This document shows positions 49,724 to 61,235 of a DNA stretch of 64,000 nucleotides, in pieces; positions within the stretch are counted from its first letter, which is position 1; each line of letters begins with the position of its first letter. The notes under the pieces were generated by a model that did not search any database, was not told where the DNA came from, and saw only the letters and a program-made list of their open reading frames with translations. The DNA comes from Escherichia coli (GTDB lineage: Bacteria > Pseudomonadota > Gammaproteobacteria > Enterobacterales > Enterobacteriaceae). The DNA is taken from NCBI RefSeq assembly GCF_044324785.1, contig NZ_CP172127.1, one strand, 5' to 3'. The position numbers and the translations under genes were made by a program.

Positions 49724-50392
49724 TCCTTCCTCAATCTTGAGTAACCCCGTCGTTGAAGGGTTACTCAATTCATCCTGATTATACGCACTGCCATGGTGCA
49801 ACTGCTTCAAATTAAAACTCTGGTCTGACTTCAAATAATTATCATATTATTTATTTGCGTAACGGGATATCAGAAAAAGATATTTAGCCCATTAATTTAT
49901 TAGGATGTTTACATCGGATTTGTGATTAAGTGTGGTATTATTTATTAGCGAAACGTTTCTCTCTTGATTTTTTTGCGCATTCATCAATTTTTCTTATTTT
50001 AAATTTACAATACCTTTGGCGATTGACTTCTCTTTGGGGTGATTGATAGCCGTTAACTGACTGTTTTATGAGAAAAAGTGATATAACTTTTTATTCATTG
50101 CATAGCAGAAAATGTGATATTGCACGCACTATGTAATAACTTCTCCCATTGGCCTGGAACAACTGAACTTATTGAACTATGTTAGAAAATACGTCAGTTT
50201 AAGTATCTGCCTGAACTGGCAAGGTTAAGCACAATGATATATCGGCGCGTATTCCGTTGCATAAGTGTGCAAAAAAAGTGGAAGACGTATCGAGATTTGT
50301 GCGTCTGATCGAGACATGTTTAAAAATGGCTTGCCATAATTAACGTTGTATGTGATAACAGATTTCGGGTTAAACGAGGTACAGTTCTGTTT

Positions 50393-50536
50393 ATGTGTGG
50401 CATTTTCAGTAAAGAAGTCCTGAGTAAACACGTTGACGTTGAATACCGCTTCTCTGCCGAGCCTTATATTGGTGCCTCATGCAGTAATGTGTCAGTTTTA
50501 TCTATGTTATGCCTGCGGGCGAAGAAAACAATCTAA
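50393..50536 (+). CDS. yobF: Small protein YobF (47 aa)
   Basis: ATG..TAA encoding [47 protein letters not shown], 12 nt upstream of cspC; below ORF-track cutoff. Confidence 0.8.
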
Positions 50537-50548
50537 GGAATTTTTCAA

Positions 50549-50758
50549 ATGGCAAAGATTAAAGGTCAGGTTAAGTGGTTCAACGAGTCTAAAGGTTTTG
50601 GCTTCATTACTCCGGCTGATGGCAGCAAAGACGTGTTCGTACACTTCTCTGCTATCCAGGGTAATGGTTTCAAAACTCTGGCTGAAGGTCAGAACGTTGA
50701 GTTCGAAATTCAGGACGGTCAGAAAGGTCCGGCAGCTGTTAACGTAACAGCTATCTGA
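50549..50758 (+). CDS. cspC: Cold-shock-domain protein CspC
   Basis: 69-aa ORF; RNP motifs KGFGFI and VFVHF. Confidence 0.96.
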
Positions 50759-50803
50759 TCGAATCCACTGATCTGAAGTGTGAATACGCTTCAATCTCGC
50801 TAT

Positions 50804-50830
50804 AAAGCCTCGTCGAATGCGAGGCTTTTT
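50804..50830 (+). terminator. Rho-independent terminator after cspC
   Basis: aaagcctcg-tcgaat-gcgaggcttt hairpin followed by T-run. Confidence 0.8.
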
Positions 50831-50923
50831 ACTTTGCTTTCTCTTCGCTCCAGTCGTTCGGATATTTGCCCGCCGCGTGATTCGCGTTACACTTGCGGCC
50901 TTTAGTATCCTGCCGGAGTTGTC

Positions 50924-51733
50924 ATGTCGTTTTCCTGTCCACTTTGCCATCAGCCTCTTTCGCGTGAAAAAAACAGCTATATCTGTCCCCAGCGACATCA
51001 GTTTGATATGGCGAAAGAAGGGTATGTCAATCTGCTGCCCGTTCAGCATAAACGGTCTCGTGATCCGGGCGACAGCGCGGAAATGATGCAAGCACGCCGC
51101 GCATTCTTAGATGCCGGACATTATCAGCCGCTGCGTGATGCAATTGTCGCTCAACTGCGGGAACGGCTTGATGAAAAGGCCACAGCGGTGCTGGATATTG
51201 GCTGTGGTGAAGGGTATTACACACACGCATTTGCCGATGCGCTGCCCGAAATCACCACGTTTGGCCTGGATGTCTCGAAGGTAGCGATAAAAGCGGCGGC
51301 GAAACGCTATCCGCAGGTCACTTTTTGTGTTGCTTCCAGCCACCGTTTGCCGTTTTCCGATACCAGTATGGACGCCATAATACGTATTTACGCGCCGTGT
51401 AAAGCAGAAGAATTAGCGCGAGTAGTGAAGCCTGGCGGTTGGGTCATTACTGCCACGCCGGGACCGCGACATTTGATGGAGCTGAAGGGGCTGATTTACA
51501 ATGAAGTACATCTTCATGCACCACATGCAGAACAACTGGAAGGTTTTACATTACAGCAGAGTGGTGAGTTGTGTTATCCGATGCGTCTTCGCGGTGACGA
51601 AGCCGTCGCATTATTGCAGATGACGCCGTTTGCCTGGCGTGCGAAGTCAGAAGTCTGGCAAACACTGGCAGCAAAAGAAGTGTTCGACTGCCAGACGGAC
51701 TTTAATATTCACCTCTGGCAGCGTTCTTATTAA
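50924..51733 (+). CDS. rlmA: 23S rRNA m1G745 methyltransferase
   Basis: 269-aa ORF; N-terminal Cys4 zinc motif (CPLCH...CPQRH), SAM motif LDIGCGEG. Confidence 0.92.
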   Translation: MSFSCPLCHQPLSREKNSYICPQRHQFDMAKEGYVNLLPVQHKRSRDPGDSAEMMQARRAFLDAGHYQPLRDAIVAQLRERLDEKATAVLDIGCGEGYYTHAFADALPEITTFGLDVSKVAIKAAAKRYPQVTFCVASSHRLPFSDTSMDAIIRIYAPCKAEELARVVKPGGWVITATPGPRHLMELKGLIYNEVHLHAPHAEQLEGFTLQQSGELCYPMRLRGDEAVALLQMTPFAWRAKSEVWQTLAAKEVFDCQTDFNIHLWQRSY

Positions 51734-52296
51734 CCGTGGAAGTGCGTCCAGAGGATCTGGACGCCGATGCCGATCAGTACCAGCCCACCGAGAATTTCCG
51801 CTTTTTTCCCAATAATTGAGCCGATAAAGCGACCAACCATCATCCCTAATGTCGACATAATCAAGGTTGCACAACCAATGGCCAATGCGGTCGCGATAAT
51901 GTTGACCTGCAGAAAGGCGAGACCAACACCCACAGCCATGGCATCCAGGCTGGTGGCAATCGCGGTGGTTACCAGTAGCCAGAAACCGTGTCGACGGCGC
52001 GGTTCTTGATCTTCATCATCTGCGCCACGAAAACCCTCAATAATCATTCGCCCGCCGAGGAATATCAGCAGCACAAACGCAATCCAGTGGTTCCATTCAA
52101 GGACAAACCGGCTGGCTAACATGCCCATTCCCCAGCCGATCAGCGGCGTCAGGGTTTCGACGGCACCAAAAATAAGGCCGGTTCGCAACGCTTCAGAAAA
52201 TTTCGGTTTATGGAGGGTGGCACCTTTACCGATTGATGCAGCAAATGCATCCATCGACATACCAAACGCAAGAAGAACAGTAGCAGTGATATTCAT
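51730..52296 (-). CDS. mntP: Manganese efflux pump MntP
   Basis: ORF 51730..52350 trimmed to [18 protein letters not shown]... (188 aa); convergent 4-nt overlap with rlmA. Confidence 0.9.
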   Translation of the reverse strand: MNITATVLLAFGMSMDAFAASIGKGATLHKPKFSEALRTGLIFGAVETLTPLIGWGMGMLASRFVLEWNHWIAFVLLIFLGGRMIIEGFRGADDEDQEPRRRHGFWLLVTTAIATSLDAMAVGVGLAFLQVNIIATALAIGCATLIMSTLGMMVGRFIGSIIGKKAEILGGLVLIGIGVQILWTHFHG

Positions 52297-52329
52297 GACA
52301 ACGTCCTGACCGGGGTATCCATAAAACAC

Positions 52330-52521
52330 ATCATCGCCCCCAGCAAACATGCATACATGAACGACAAACCGCGATGGTTTTCGCGTTCATGCAGGCATAG
52401 CGATTGATGTGCATATGGTCTCGCCTGACTGAAAGTGTTCAGTCCGTACGTGCCACGTTTTGCAACGAGTATGTTGACACGTACATTTCCGGAATCTGGA
52501 AATCGGCTACTCCCCAAATGA
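52330..52521 (-). promoter_or_regulatory. yybP-ykoY family Mn2+ riboswitch in mntP 5' leader
   Basis: Long leader between mntP start and promoter; minus-strand sequence contains the conserved GGGGAGUAG element; established that E. coli mntP has this riboswitch. Confidence 0.6.
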
Positions 52522-52724
52522 GGGCGCAACCTTAACATATTTTGAGAATATAAAACAACTGTTGGAATATATTATTTCATTGCTTTATTGATAACGATTT
52601 TCATTTAGATTTATATATCAATGAAACGTTAAAATAAATAACAAATAAGGGAAGGGGTAATATAGCCTAAGCTATGTCTGATTATTAAAAATACACTAAA
52701 CATAGCTTTGGCTAAATTGATAAC

Positions 52725-53183
52725 TTATTGAGTTGAAACGAGAAGCTTATAAATTTTTTCCAGATCGTCGATATTTCGAACGCGGATTAACAGCCGACGC
52801 TGTTCTAATTGCATCACCAACACGCCATCTTCCGACAAGTTCATCGCTTTGATTCGGCTATATTCAATCCAGACATTGGCGAAGAAAAAACCTTTTTGTT
52901 TAAAGATGATCTTCGGAACGCGGATCCAGAATATATAAAAACCCATCAGAGCCAGTGCACTTAATAACCATGTTGTTATTAGCGCGCCATGATTCGTGAC
53001 GTTGTTATAGATAAGAATGACAATCAATCCGACGAAGATAACGCTATCGATGCGACCACGCCGGAGCAAAGGAATTGCCAGCAGAGTGGGGCCGTTACGG
53101 CGGGGCATGATGAACTGATCGTAGATCGCGAAGGCCAGGAGTGCGGCGATGAAAAGAATCAGTACCAGGTCCGTGATTGTCAT
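52725..53183 (-). CDS. yobD: UPF0266 inner membrane protein YobD
   Basis: 152-aa ORF; GGAGG SD upstream. Confidence 0.85.
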
Positions 53184-53195
53184 TAATCCTCCAGA

Positions 53196-53221
53196 TAAAA
53201 AAACGGGGCCAAAAGGCCCCG
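53196..53221 (-). terminator. Rho-independent terminator of manXYZ operon
   Basis: ggggcc-aaaa-ggcccc hairpin with A7 on plus strand (U-run for minus transcript). Confidence 0.8.
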
Positions 53222-53237
53222 GTAGTGTACAACAGTC

Positions 53238-54089
53238 TTACAGTCCCAGCAGGCCGCAAGCGTAACCAGCGATACCGATGACGAAGAAGCCAACGATGAT
53301 CCACAGCGGGTTAACTTTTTTGCGTAGTAGCCACATACAGGCAAAGGTCAGCAGCAGTGGTACCAGGCCTGGCATTAACTGGTCCAGAATAGTCTGAACA
53401 GTGGTAACGTGTTCTTTGCCCGTCTGGTCAGTAATGCGAGAGACAACCAGCGGGATGTTGACATGCGTCCACTTGTTAACTAATGCCCCCATGACAAACA
53501 GGCCGAGGATAGACGCCCCTTCCGTCAGTTTTTGCAGGAAACCACCACCCATATCTTTAACGATATCGATACCTTTGGAGTAACCATACGCTACGCCGTA
53601 GTAACGGGTTGCCAGACGCACCAGGTTAAACAAGATGAAGAACAGCAGCGGACCTAACAGGCTGCCGCTCATTGCGATACCGGCACCAAGCGCTGCAAAT
53701 ACCGGACGTACGGTTCCCCAGAAGATCGGGTCGCCTACACCAGCCAGCGGCCCCATCAAACCGACTTTGATACCGTTGATAGCACCGTCATCGATCTCTG
53801 CGCCATTAGCACGCTGTTCTTCCAGCGCCAGGGTTACGCCGAGAATCGGCGCAGCCACGAACGGCTGGGTGTTAAAGAACTCCAGGTGACGGCGAATAGC
53901 TTGTTTACGAGCTTCGTTGTTCTCAGGGTAGAGGCGACGAATTGCCGGTACCATAGAGAAGCAGAAACCCAGTGCCTGCATACGTTCGAAGTTCCATGAA
54001 CCCTGGAAGAGGTTAGAACGCAGGAAGACGCCACGAATATCACTTTGAGTGAGTTTTTTCTCGGTGGTAGTTTGAGTTGTATCAACCAT
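53238..54089 (-). CDS. manZ: PTS mannose-specific EIID component
   Basis: ORF 53238..54098 (286 aa); start may be the ATG at 54089. Confidence 0.93.
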   Translation of the reverse strand: MVDTTQTTTEKKLTQSDIRGVFLRSNLFQGSWNFERMQALGFCFSMVPAIRRLYPENNEARKQAIRRHLEFFNTQPFVAAPILGVTLALEEQRANGAEIDDGAINGIKVGLMGPLAGVGDPIFWGTVRPVFAALGAGIAMSGSLLGPLLFFILFNLVRLATRYYGVAYGYSKGIDIVKDMGGGFLQKLTEGASILGLFVMGALVNKWTHVNIPLVVSRITDQTGKEHVTTVQTILDQLMPGLVPLLLTFACMWLLRKKVNPLWIIVGFFVIGIAGYACGLLGL

Positions 54090-54101
54090 TTCGCTCACCT
54101 G

Positions 54102-54902
54102 TTAGTCCAGTTCGTTATCGAGATCGTTGTTACCAGCAGCCTGAGCAGGCGCACCGGCTACGCGGTTGTATTTCGGGCTAAGTTGGATGTAGAGCACTGC
54201 CATAACAGTACCAATCACACCCAGAGCAACCAGGTTAAAGTTGGTGAATGCTGCGGTTACGAAGCCGAGGTAGAAGAACGGCATCAGGTAGCCAGCACGC
54301 ATCATGTTGATAACCATCGCATAACCAACCACCACGATCATGCCACCGGCGATATTCAGACCATTGGTCACCACTTCCGGAATCGCATTCAGCATGTTCT
54401 GTACTTCGCTGGTACCAACAGACAACGCAACGATGACGGCCGGAATAGCCACACGCATTGCTTGCAGGAACAGAGAAGAAACGTGGATCCAGGAAATCGC
54501 TGTCAGGTTGCCGTTATCAGCAGCCTTATCCGCAGCGTGCTGGAAAGCAACGGTAATAGTACGAACGATGATGGTCAGTACCTGGCCCGCAGCGGCCAGA
54601 GGGATTGCCAGTGCGATACCTGCACCAATGCTCTGATGACCTGCGATAACCAGAATAGTAGAAATGATGGAAGCCAGAGCGGCGTCAGGCGCAACTGCAG
54701 CACCGATGTTCATCCAGCCCAGCGCGATCATTTCCAGCGTACCACCGATAATAATACCGGTTTTCATATCGCCAAGAACGATACCCACCAGGGTACACGC
54801 GATTAGCGGACGGTGAAACTGAAATTCATCGAGGATTGATCCCATACCTGCGATACAGGCTACGATAAATACCAGCACAATTTGAAGAGTGGTAATCTCC
54901 AT
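54102..54902 (-). CDS. manY: PTS mannose-specific EIIC component
   Basis: 266-aa polytopic ORF. Confidence 0.95.
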   Translation of the reverse strand: MEITTLQIVLVFIVACIAGMGSILDEFQFHRPLIACTLVGIVLGDMKTGIIIGGTLEMIALGWMNIGAAVAPDAALASIISTILVIAGHQSIGAGIALAIPLAAAGQVLTIIVRTITVAFQHAADKAADNGNLTAISWIHVSSLFLQAMRVAIPAVIVALSVGTSEVQNMLNAIPEVVTNGLNIAGGMIVVVGYAMVINMMRAGYLMPFFYLGFVTAAFTNFNLVALGVIGTVMAVLYIQLSPKYNRVAGAPAQAAGNNDLDNELD

Positions 54903-54964
54903 TGTACTTCTCCTGTTTACGTAAGACTAAAGTGTGAAAACTGAGTGATAATCAACACAATACG

Positions 54965-55936
54965 TTACTTATCGATTTTGCTGATCAGATCCATCATTTT
55001 CAGTTTCGGATCGGTGGAAACCTTACGGACTTCCAGCTCAATACCGCGCGCATTCAGTTTCTTGAACGCCTCGATATCTTTTTCATCAACCGAAACCGCG
55101 TTATTCACCTGGGTTTTACCCTGACGGAATGCCATACCACCGACGTTAACAGAGGTGATTTTCACGCCGCCTTCAACGAGACGCTCTACATCTGTTGGGT
55201 TGGTAAATAACAGCATTACACGTTCGCCAGCATATTTCGGGTTGTTGTAGACGCGAATCATTTTGGCAACATCAACTACGTGTGCTGTTACGCCCGGAGG
55301 TGCAACCTGGGTGAGCAGTGTCTTACGAACGGTATCCGCAGCCACTTCATCACTAACAACAATAATACGGGAGACATTGGTTTCTTTGGTCCAGCGGGTG
55401 GCGACCTGACCGTGAATCAGACGGTCGTCGATACGCGCAAGGCCAATAACCATGTAGTCGTTTGGCCCCATTGGTTTTGCCGGAGTTGGAGCCGCTTTTG
55501 GTGCTGCGGCAGCGGGTGCTGGCGCAGCTTTTTCAACCGGTTTGGCTTTCAGTGCTTTCACGCCTTCACGGCCTGTTTCTACTGCCAGCGCAACCAGTTC
55601 ATCAAAGCTTGGGTCATCATCACGGGCCATTAACGTTTCCACGAGCATTGGAATGTTAACGCCTGCAATGACTTCATAATGCTCTTTGTCGACGACAATG
55701 CGGCTGGCAGCATTGAACGGGCTGCCTCCCCATGTATCAACGAGAAACAGCACGCCTTTAGTGGTGTCGAGTTTTGCCAACTGAGCGTTGTACTTTTCAA
55801 TCAGCGTTTCGGCATTTTCACCTGGAACGAAATCGATCCAGCCGACGTTTTCCTGCTCGCCTAACAGCATTTCTGCCGTTTTAAGCAACTGCTCTGCAGC
55901 CCAACCATGTGTGCCTATAACAATAGCAATGGTCAC
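54965..55936 (-). CDS. manX: PTS mannose-specific EIIAB component
   Basis: 323-aa ORF, GTG start preceded by AGGAGG; Ala/Pro-rich linker between IIA and IIB. Confidence 0.95.
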   Translation of the reverse strand: MTIAIVIGTHGWAAEQLLKTAEMLLGEQENVGWIDFVPGENAETLIEKYNAQLAKLDTTKGVLFLVDTWGGSPFNAASRIVVDKEHYEVIAGVNIPMLVETLMARDDDPSFDELVALAVETGREGVKALKAKPVEKAAPAPAAAAPKAAPTPAKPMGPNDYMVIGLARIDDRLIHGQVATRWTKETNVSRIIVVSDEVAADTVRKTLLTQVAPPGVTAHVVDVAKMIRVYNNPKYAGERVMLLFTNPTDVERLVEGGVKITSVNVGGMAFRQGKTQVNNAVSVDEKDIEAFKKLNARGIELEVRKVSTDPKLKMMDLISKIDK

Positions 55937-56054
55937 TTGCTACCTCCTTTATTATCGTTAACACCTCAACGTGCCAGATGTATTTTTGAATCGTCGTCCA
56001 CAATCGAATCGATTCAGATAAGGGCTACAACCAAAAACCCCTGCGTTTCGCGAT

Positions 56055-56075
56055 TTATTTTAGATATCGAAAAAA
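56055..56075 (-). promoter_or_regulatory. Candidate Mlc/NagC-type operator in manX promoter region
   Basis: TTATTT-tagatatcg-AAAAAA about 120 bp upstream of manX; resembles Mlc/NagC sites; not verified. Confidence 0.3.
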
Positions 56076-56398
56076 TTATTTTATGTGATGAAGATCCGTA
56101 ATTTAACTTTCGATTAGCAGAAATTTCGAAAGGTAAAATATCCTTGTCACATTCGTTTGCAAAGGAAGGTAAATCTTTGCCAAATCAGAGGCGTCTCTGA
56201 TATGTTTAACTCCCGTTTAACAACCATGGAGTATAGGGCAGTAGCCCGCAGTATGGATCGTCACCGACGTCATTTCAGCATCAGGCCTTTTAACGCCTGC
56301 CTTTCTGGCACTCTATGCCGCACCTTTCGTTTGCATTTTGTCGTTACGCCTGCATTATTTCTGGCGTCGAATAGCTATTCCTTAAGCAGGAGCTTGTC

Positions 56399-57955
56399 AT
56401 GGAATTCTTAATGGACCCCTCAATTTGGGCGGGGCTACTCACGCTTGTTGTTCTCGAAATTGTGCTGGGTATCGATAACCTGGTCTTCATCGCCATTCTT
56501 GCTGACAAACTGCCGCCAAAACAACGCGATAAAGCGCGTTTGCTGGGATTATCACTGGCGCTGATTATGCGTCTGGGGCTGCTGTCGCTGATTTCATGGA
56601 TGGTCACGCTGACCAAACCGCTATTTACCGTCATGGATTTCTCCTTCTCCGGACGTGACCTGATTATGTTGTTCGGGGGAATATTCTTGCTGTTCAAAGC
56701 AACAACCGAACTGCATGAACGGCTGGAAAACCGCGATCATGATTCCGGTCACGGTAAAGGCTACGCCAGTTTCTGGGTGGTCGTCACACAGATCGTCATC
56801 CTTGACGCCGTCTTCTCGTTGGATGCGGTAATTACGGCAGTAGGGATGGTTAACCATCTGCCAGTGATGATGGCGGCGGTAGTGATTGCGATGGCGGTTA
56901 TGCTGCTGGCATCGAAACCGCTGACGCGATTTGTTAACCAGCATCCAACGGTGGTGGTGCTCTGTCTGAGCTTCCTGTTAATGATTGGTCTGAGTCTGGT
57001 GGCAGAAGGTTTCGGTTTCCACATTCCGAAAGGTTACCTGTATGCCGCGATTGGCTTCTCGATCATCATCGAAGTGTTTAACCAGATTGCGCGTCGCAAC
57101 TTTATTCGTCACCAGTCGACTTTGCCGCTGCGAGCGCGTACTGCCGATGCCATCCTGCGTTTGATGGGCGGGAAACGTCAGGCCAATGTTCAGCACGATG
57201 CCGATAACCCGATGCCGATGCCGATCCCGGAAGGTGCATTTGCCGAAGAAGAACGTTACATGATTAACGGCGTACTCACGCTGGCGTCGCGTTCTCTGCG
57301 CGGGATCATGACGCCGCGCGGTGAAATAAGCTGGGTTGACGCTAATCTCGGGGTCGATGAAATCCGCGAGCAGCTGCTCTCCTCACCGCACAGCCTGTTC
57401 CCGGTATGTCGCGGTGAACTGGATGAAATCATCGGAATCGTACGTGCTAAAGAACTGCTGGTGGCGCTGGAAGAGGGCGTTGATGTGGCGGCGATTGCTT
57501 CGGCGTCTCCGGCGATTATCGTCCCTGAAACCCTCGATCCGATCAACCTGCTGGGCGTGCTGCGTCGTGCTCGCGGGAGCTTTGTTATCGTGACCAACGA
57601 GTTTGGTGTGGTACAAGGCTTGGTCACGCCGCTGGATGTGCTGGAAGCCATTGCGGGTGAATTCCCGGACGCTGACGAAACGCCGGAAATCATTACTGAT
57701 GGTGACGGCTGGCTGGTAAAAGGCGGTACAGATTTGCATGCCTTGCAGCAGGCGCTTGATGTTGAGCACCTTGCCGATGACGATGATATCGCGACGGTCG
57801 CGGGCCTCGTGATCTCGGCAAATGGTCACATTCCCCGTGTGGGCGATGTGATTGATGTAGGTCCACTGCATATCACCATCATTGAAGCCAATGATTATCG
57901 TGTTGATCTGGTTCGCATTGTTAAAGAGCAACCGGCGCACGATGAAGATGAGTAA
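56399..57955 (+). CDS. yoaE: TerC-family membrane protein with CBS and CorC domains
   Basis: 518-aa ORF recognised as YoaE. Confidence 0.92.
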
Positions 57956-57958
57956 GCG

Positions 57959-59557
57959 TTAACGTAACGGCATAACGGGCGTGATATGTCCATTATGCCG
58001 GGCGGGCGGCGGTTGGCTGCCCGCCAGCCATTTGGGAAAATCACGTAGCGGCATCGGCTGTGCGTACAAATACCCTTGCAAAATATGCACGCCATGACGG
58101 CGCAAATACTTCGCCTGTTCTTGCGTTTCCACGCCCTCCGCCACCAGTTCAATATTCAGTCTTTGCCCCAGCGCGATGATGATATCGGTCACCGTCGAGT
58201 TAACCGCGTCAGAACCTATAGCTGCGGTAAATGACTTATCAATTTTCAGCACGTCAGGACGTAATGTTTCAAGCCAGGAAAACGAGCTGTTGCCGGTGCC
58301 GAAGTCATCAATCGCCAGTTTGACGTTTTTACGATGCAGCTCGCGGGCAATCCGATAATCCACATCCAGTAAGGCATCGCGTTCGGTGATTTCGAGGATC
58401 AGTTGCTGAATCGGGTGAGCGCTAAACCAGTACTGATTGAGATCTTTTATCAGCACACCACGGCGAAAATGGCTGGGTGCGACGTTAATGCCAACATGAA
58501 ACTGACTACTCATAGGGAAAACATGGCGCTGACGAATGGTTTCTGCCATCACATAGCGGGTCAGTGGCACAATTAAATGATGTTCTTCCGCGATAGGAAT
58601 AAACACATCCGGTGAAATCCAGCCCTGACGCGGATTGTTCCAGCGCAGCAAAATCTCTACACCAATACATTGCTGGCTGCGCGCATTAAGCAAAGGCTGA
58701 CAGAACAATTCGAACTCATGTTGCGCCAGGCCCAGATTGATTTCACGGGAAAAACTCATCCGGTAAGCGGTCGCCAGCCAGGCGATATAGCCCACAAGTA
58801 AACTTAGAAGCACCGCCAGCGGTAATTGTGTTGGAAGATAGTGCCATGCCAGCGCCGTAGCCCCCGGACCATTAACGTTAATGGTAAAAGGAAAGCGTTG
58901 CGAAGAAACCTGATAGTTTTCATTGTCTTCAGGTTGCGGAAGGGTATCTACCAGCCCATTACCATAGAGCAAATGCCGATTGTCCACCGTCAGGCTGGCG
59001 CTACTGATTTGCGGCAGTTGTGGCTCAAGCAGCATTGCCGCCAGTAAGTCGATGTTAATCATCTCCATGACCCCAGCATTGCTACTGCCCGCTGCTGGCG
59101 TCCATTGAATCAAAACCGGACTGCCTTTAATCAGGGCACGGTCGATCGTCAGGCGTAAAAGTGGTTGCGGTGCAGGAAGTTCAGCCAGAATGTCCACGAC
59201 GGGCACATTGCGATAACCAAAAATGCTGGAGCAATAAAGTGTGCCGTCTTGCACCAGGCCAATGGATCGCACAGTTTGGAGTTTTGCCGCCTGTTTACGT
59301 AATGGCAAATGGGCGACAGAGCAGGGCAGACCAATTAGCGGAAGTAAGACTTCGCTACCTGCCTGTAGGGGAAGCAGTACTTTATCTAATTCCTCTACAG
59401 CGTGATTGGCGAATTGTACTACCCGTTGTTGATTTAAGTTACGCTGTGAAATAAATCGCACGCTCAGGGTCGAAGCGAGCGTAACGAGTGCGCAAATCGT
59501 ACAAACAATCATTCGATTACGGCGATAGGTTTTAATGATCCGTTGTGCTTTTTGCAT
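57959..59557 (-). CDS. pdeD: c-di-GMP phosphodiesterase (CSS-motif sensor + EAL domain)
   Basis: ORF 57959..59587 trimmed to ATG at 59557 (532 aa); EAL signature EVLLRW. Confidence 0.88.
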   Translation of the reverse strand: MQKAQRIIKTYRRNRMIVCTICALVTLASTLSVRFISQRNLNQQRVVQFANHAVEELDKVLLPLQAGSEVLLPLIGLPCSVAHLPLRKQAAKLQTVRSIGLVQDGTLYCSSIFGYRNVPVVDILAELPAPQPLLRLTIDRALIKGSPVLIQWTPAAGSSNAGVMEMINIDLLAAMLLEPQLPQISSASLTVDNRHLLYGNGLVDTLPQPEDNENYQVSSQRFPFTINVNGPGATALAWHYLPTQLPLAVLLSLLVGYIAWLATAYRMSFSREINLGLAQHEFELFCQPLLNARSQQCIGVEILLRWNNPRQGWISPDVFIPIAEEHHLIVPLTRYVMAETIRQRHVFPMSSQFHVGINVAPSHFRRGVLIKDLNQYWFSAHPIQQLILEITERDALLDVDYRIARELHRKNVKLAIDDFGTGNSSFSWLETLRPDVLKIDKSFTAAIGSDAVNSTVTDIIIALGQRLNIELVAEGVETQEQAKYLRRHGVHILQGYLYAQPMPLRDFPKWLAGSQPPPARHNGHITPVMPLR

Positions 59558-59687
59558 GCGGGCCACCCTGTAAGCGTATGGCGACAAACGCCTGACGCAA
59601 CAGTGGAAGTGTAGTGGGGAAAATTACAGCAGACGAGAAAGCGGGGATAAATTCGCCCATCCGTTGCAGATGGGCGAGAAAGAAGTA

Positions 59688-61052
59688 TTAGTCACACTGG
59701 ACTTTGATTGCCAGACCACCGCGTGAGGTTTCGCGGTATTTGGCGTTCATGTCCTTACCGGTTTCGTACATCGTTTCGATAACCTTATCTAGCGAGACGC
59801 GCGGTGCGCTGGTGCGGCGCAGAGCCATCCGTGCGGCGTTAATCGCCTTCACAGAGGCAATAGCATTACGCTCAATGCACGGCACCTGAACCTGCCCTGC
59901 AACAGGGTCACAGGTCAGACCGAGGTTGTGCTCCATGCCAATTTCCGCCGCCACACAAACCTGTTCCGGGCTACCGCCCAACAGCTCGGCAAGGCCCGCA
60001 GCAGCCATTGAACAGGCAACACCCACTTCGCCCTGGCAACCAACTTCCGCACCGGAAATAGAGGCGTTCATTTTATACAATGCACCAATCGCGCCCGCTG
60101 CCATAAAGTAACGGGTATAGATGTCCGGGCTGACCGATTCAATAAAGTGGTCATAGTAAGCCAGCACTGCCGGAACGATACCGCAGGCACCGTTGGTTGG
60201 CGCAGTTACCACACGACCACCGGCGGCGTTTTCTTCGTTAACTGCCAGCGCAAACATGTTTACCCAGTCAATGACATTCATCGGATCGTTAGACAGTTTA
60301 TCGCTGGAAACCAGCATCCGGCGCAGGGCAGACGCACGACGCGGCACGCGCAGCGGGCCTGGCAGTACGCCTTCGGTGTTCATCCCGCGATCGATACATG
60401 CCTGCATGGTTTGCCAGACATGCGCGAAATACTCGTCGATCTCTTTCTTGCTGTGCAGCGCCAGTTCATTCTGCATAGCGAGACCAGACAGCGAATAGCC
60501 GGTTTCGTTACAGTACGCGAGCAGTTCGGTGGCAGATTTGAACGGATACGGCACGCTCACTTCGTTGGCGGCATCCTGACCAAAGTGTTCTTCATCGACG
60601 ATAAAACCGCCGCCGATGGAATAATAAGTTTTGCTGTAGACGACTTCATCGCCATTATAGGCGTGGATTTGCATACCGTTTTCATGCAGCGGCAGGTTAC
60701 CGTTATGAAAACGCATCCCGTTGTCGCGCGGGAAATCCACTTCATGCCGTCCCTGTGCCAGCAGCAGACGTTCGCGCTCTTCTACGTCGCGAATAAAACC
60801 GGGAATACTGTCGATATCCACGGTGGCAGGTTCGTTACCTGCAAGACCCATAATAATGGCGATATCGGTGTGGTGGCCTTTACCCGTCAGCGACAGTGAA
60901 CCATAAACGTCCACGGCAACGCGAGTAACGCTATCCAGTAAGCCTTTTTCGACCAGATCATCGACGAACTGTTTACCCGCCTTCATAGGCCCTACGGTAT
61001 GGGAAGATGAGGGACCAATCCCCACCTTAAACATGTCGAATAGACTAATCAC
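59688..61052 (-). CDS. sdaA: L-serine dehydratase 1
   Basis: 454-aa ORF, GTG start; recognised SdaA. Confidence 0.96.
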   Translation of the reverse strand: MISLFDMFKVGIGPSSSHTVGPMKAGKQFVDDLVEKGLLDSVTRVAVDVYGSLSLTGKGHHTDIAIIMGLAGNEPATVDIDSIPGFIRDVEERERLLLAQGRHEVDFPRDNGMRFHNGNLPLHENGMQIHAYNGDEVVYSKTYYSIGGGFIVDEEHFGQDAANEVSVPYPFKSATELLAYCNETGYSLSGLAMQNELALHSKKEIDEYFAHVWQTMQACIDRGMNTEGVLPGPLRVPRRASALRRMLVSSDKLSNDPMNVIDWVNMFALAVNEENAAGGRVVTAPTNGACGIVPAVLAYYDHFIESVSPDIYTRYFMAAGAIGALYKMNASISGAEVGCQGEVGVACSMAAAGLAELLGGSPEQVCVAAEIGMEHNLGLTCDPVAGQVQVPCIERNAIASVKAINAARMALRRTSAPRVSLDKVIETMYETGKDMNAKYRETSRGGLAIKVQCD

Positions 61053-61235
61053 GATAATACTCCTGACAAGGTGACTGGACTTCCAGTAACGAACTAATAA
61101 CAGCGCATAGTGTAAGAGGGAACGCGGCGACTGGCTTAACTATTCACATGAATTAAACTAATCAAAAACCGCGATTTAACTAATATTGCGATGATTGTCT
61201 CAAGTAGTGTTTTGTAGATGTAAAGATAAGTATAG

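Noticed and set aside
52293-52538. 81-aa ORF in the mntP leader
   Set aside because: Overlaps the predicted Mn riboswitch aptamer; no SD; a known non-coding leader.
56157-56411. 84-aa ORF upstream of yoaE
   Set aside because: Runs into the yoaE start in a different frame within the manX/yoaE promoter region; no supporting signal.
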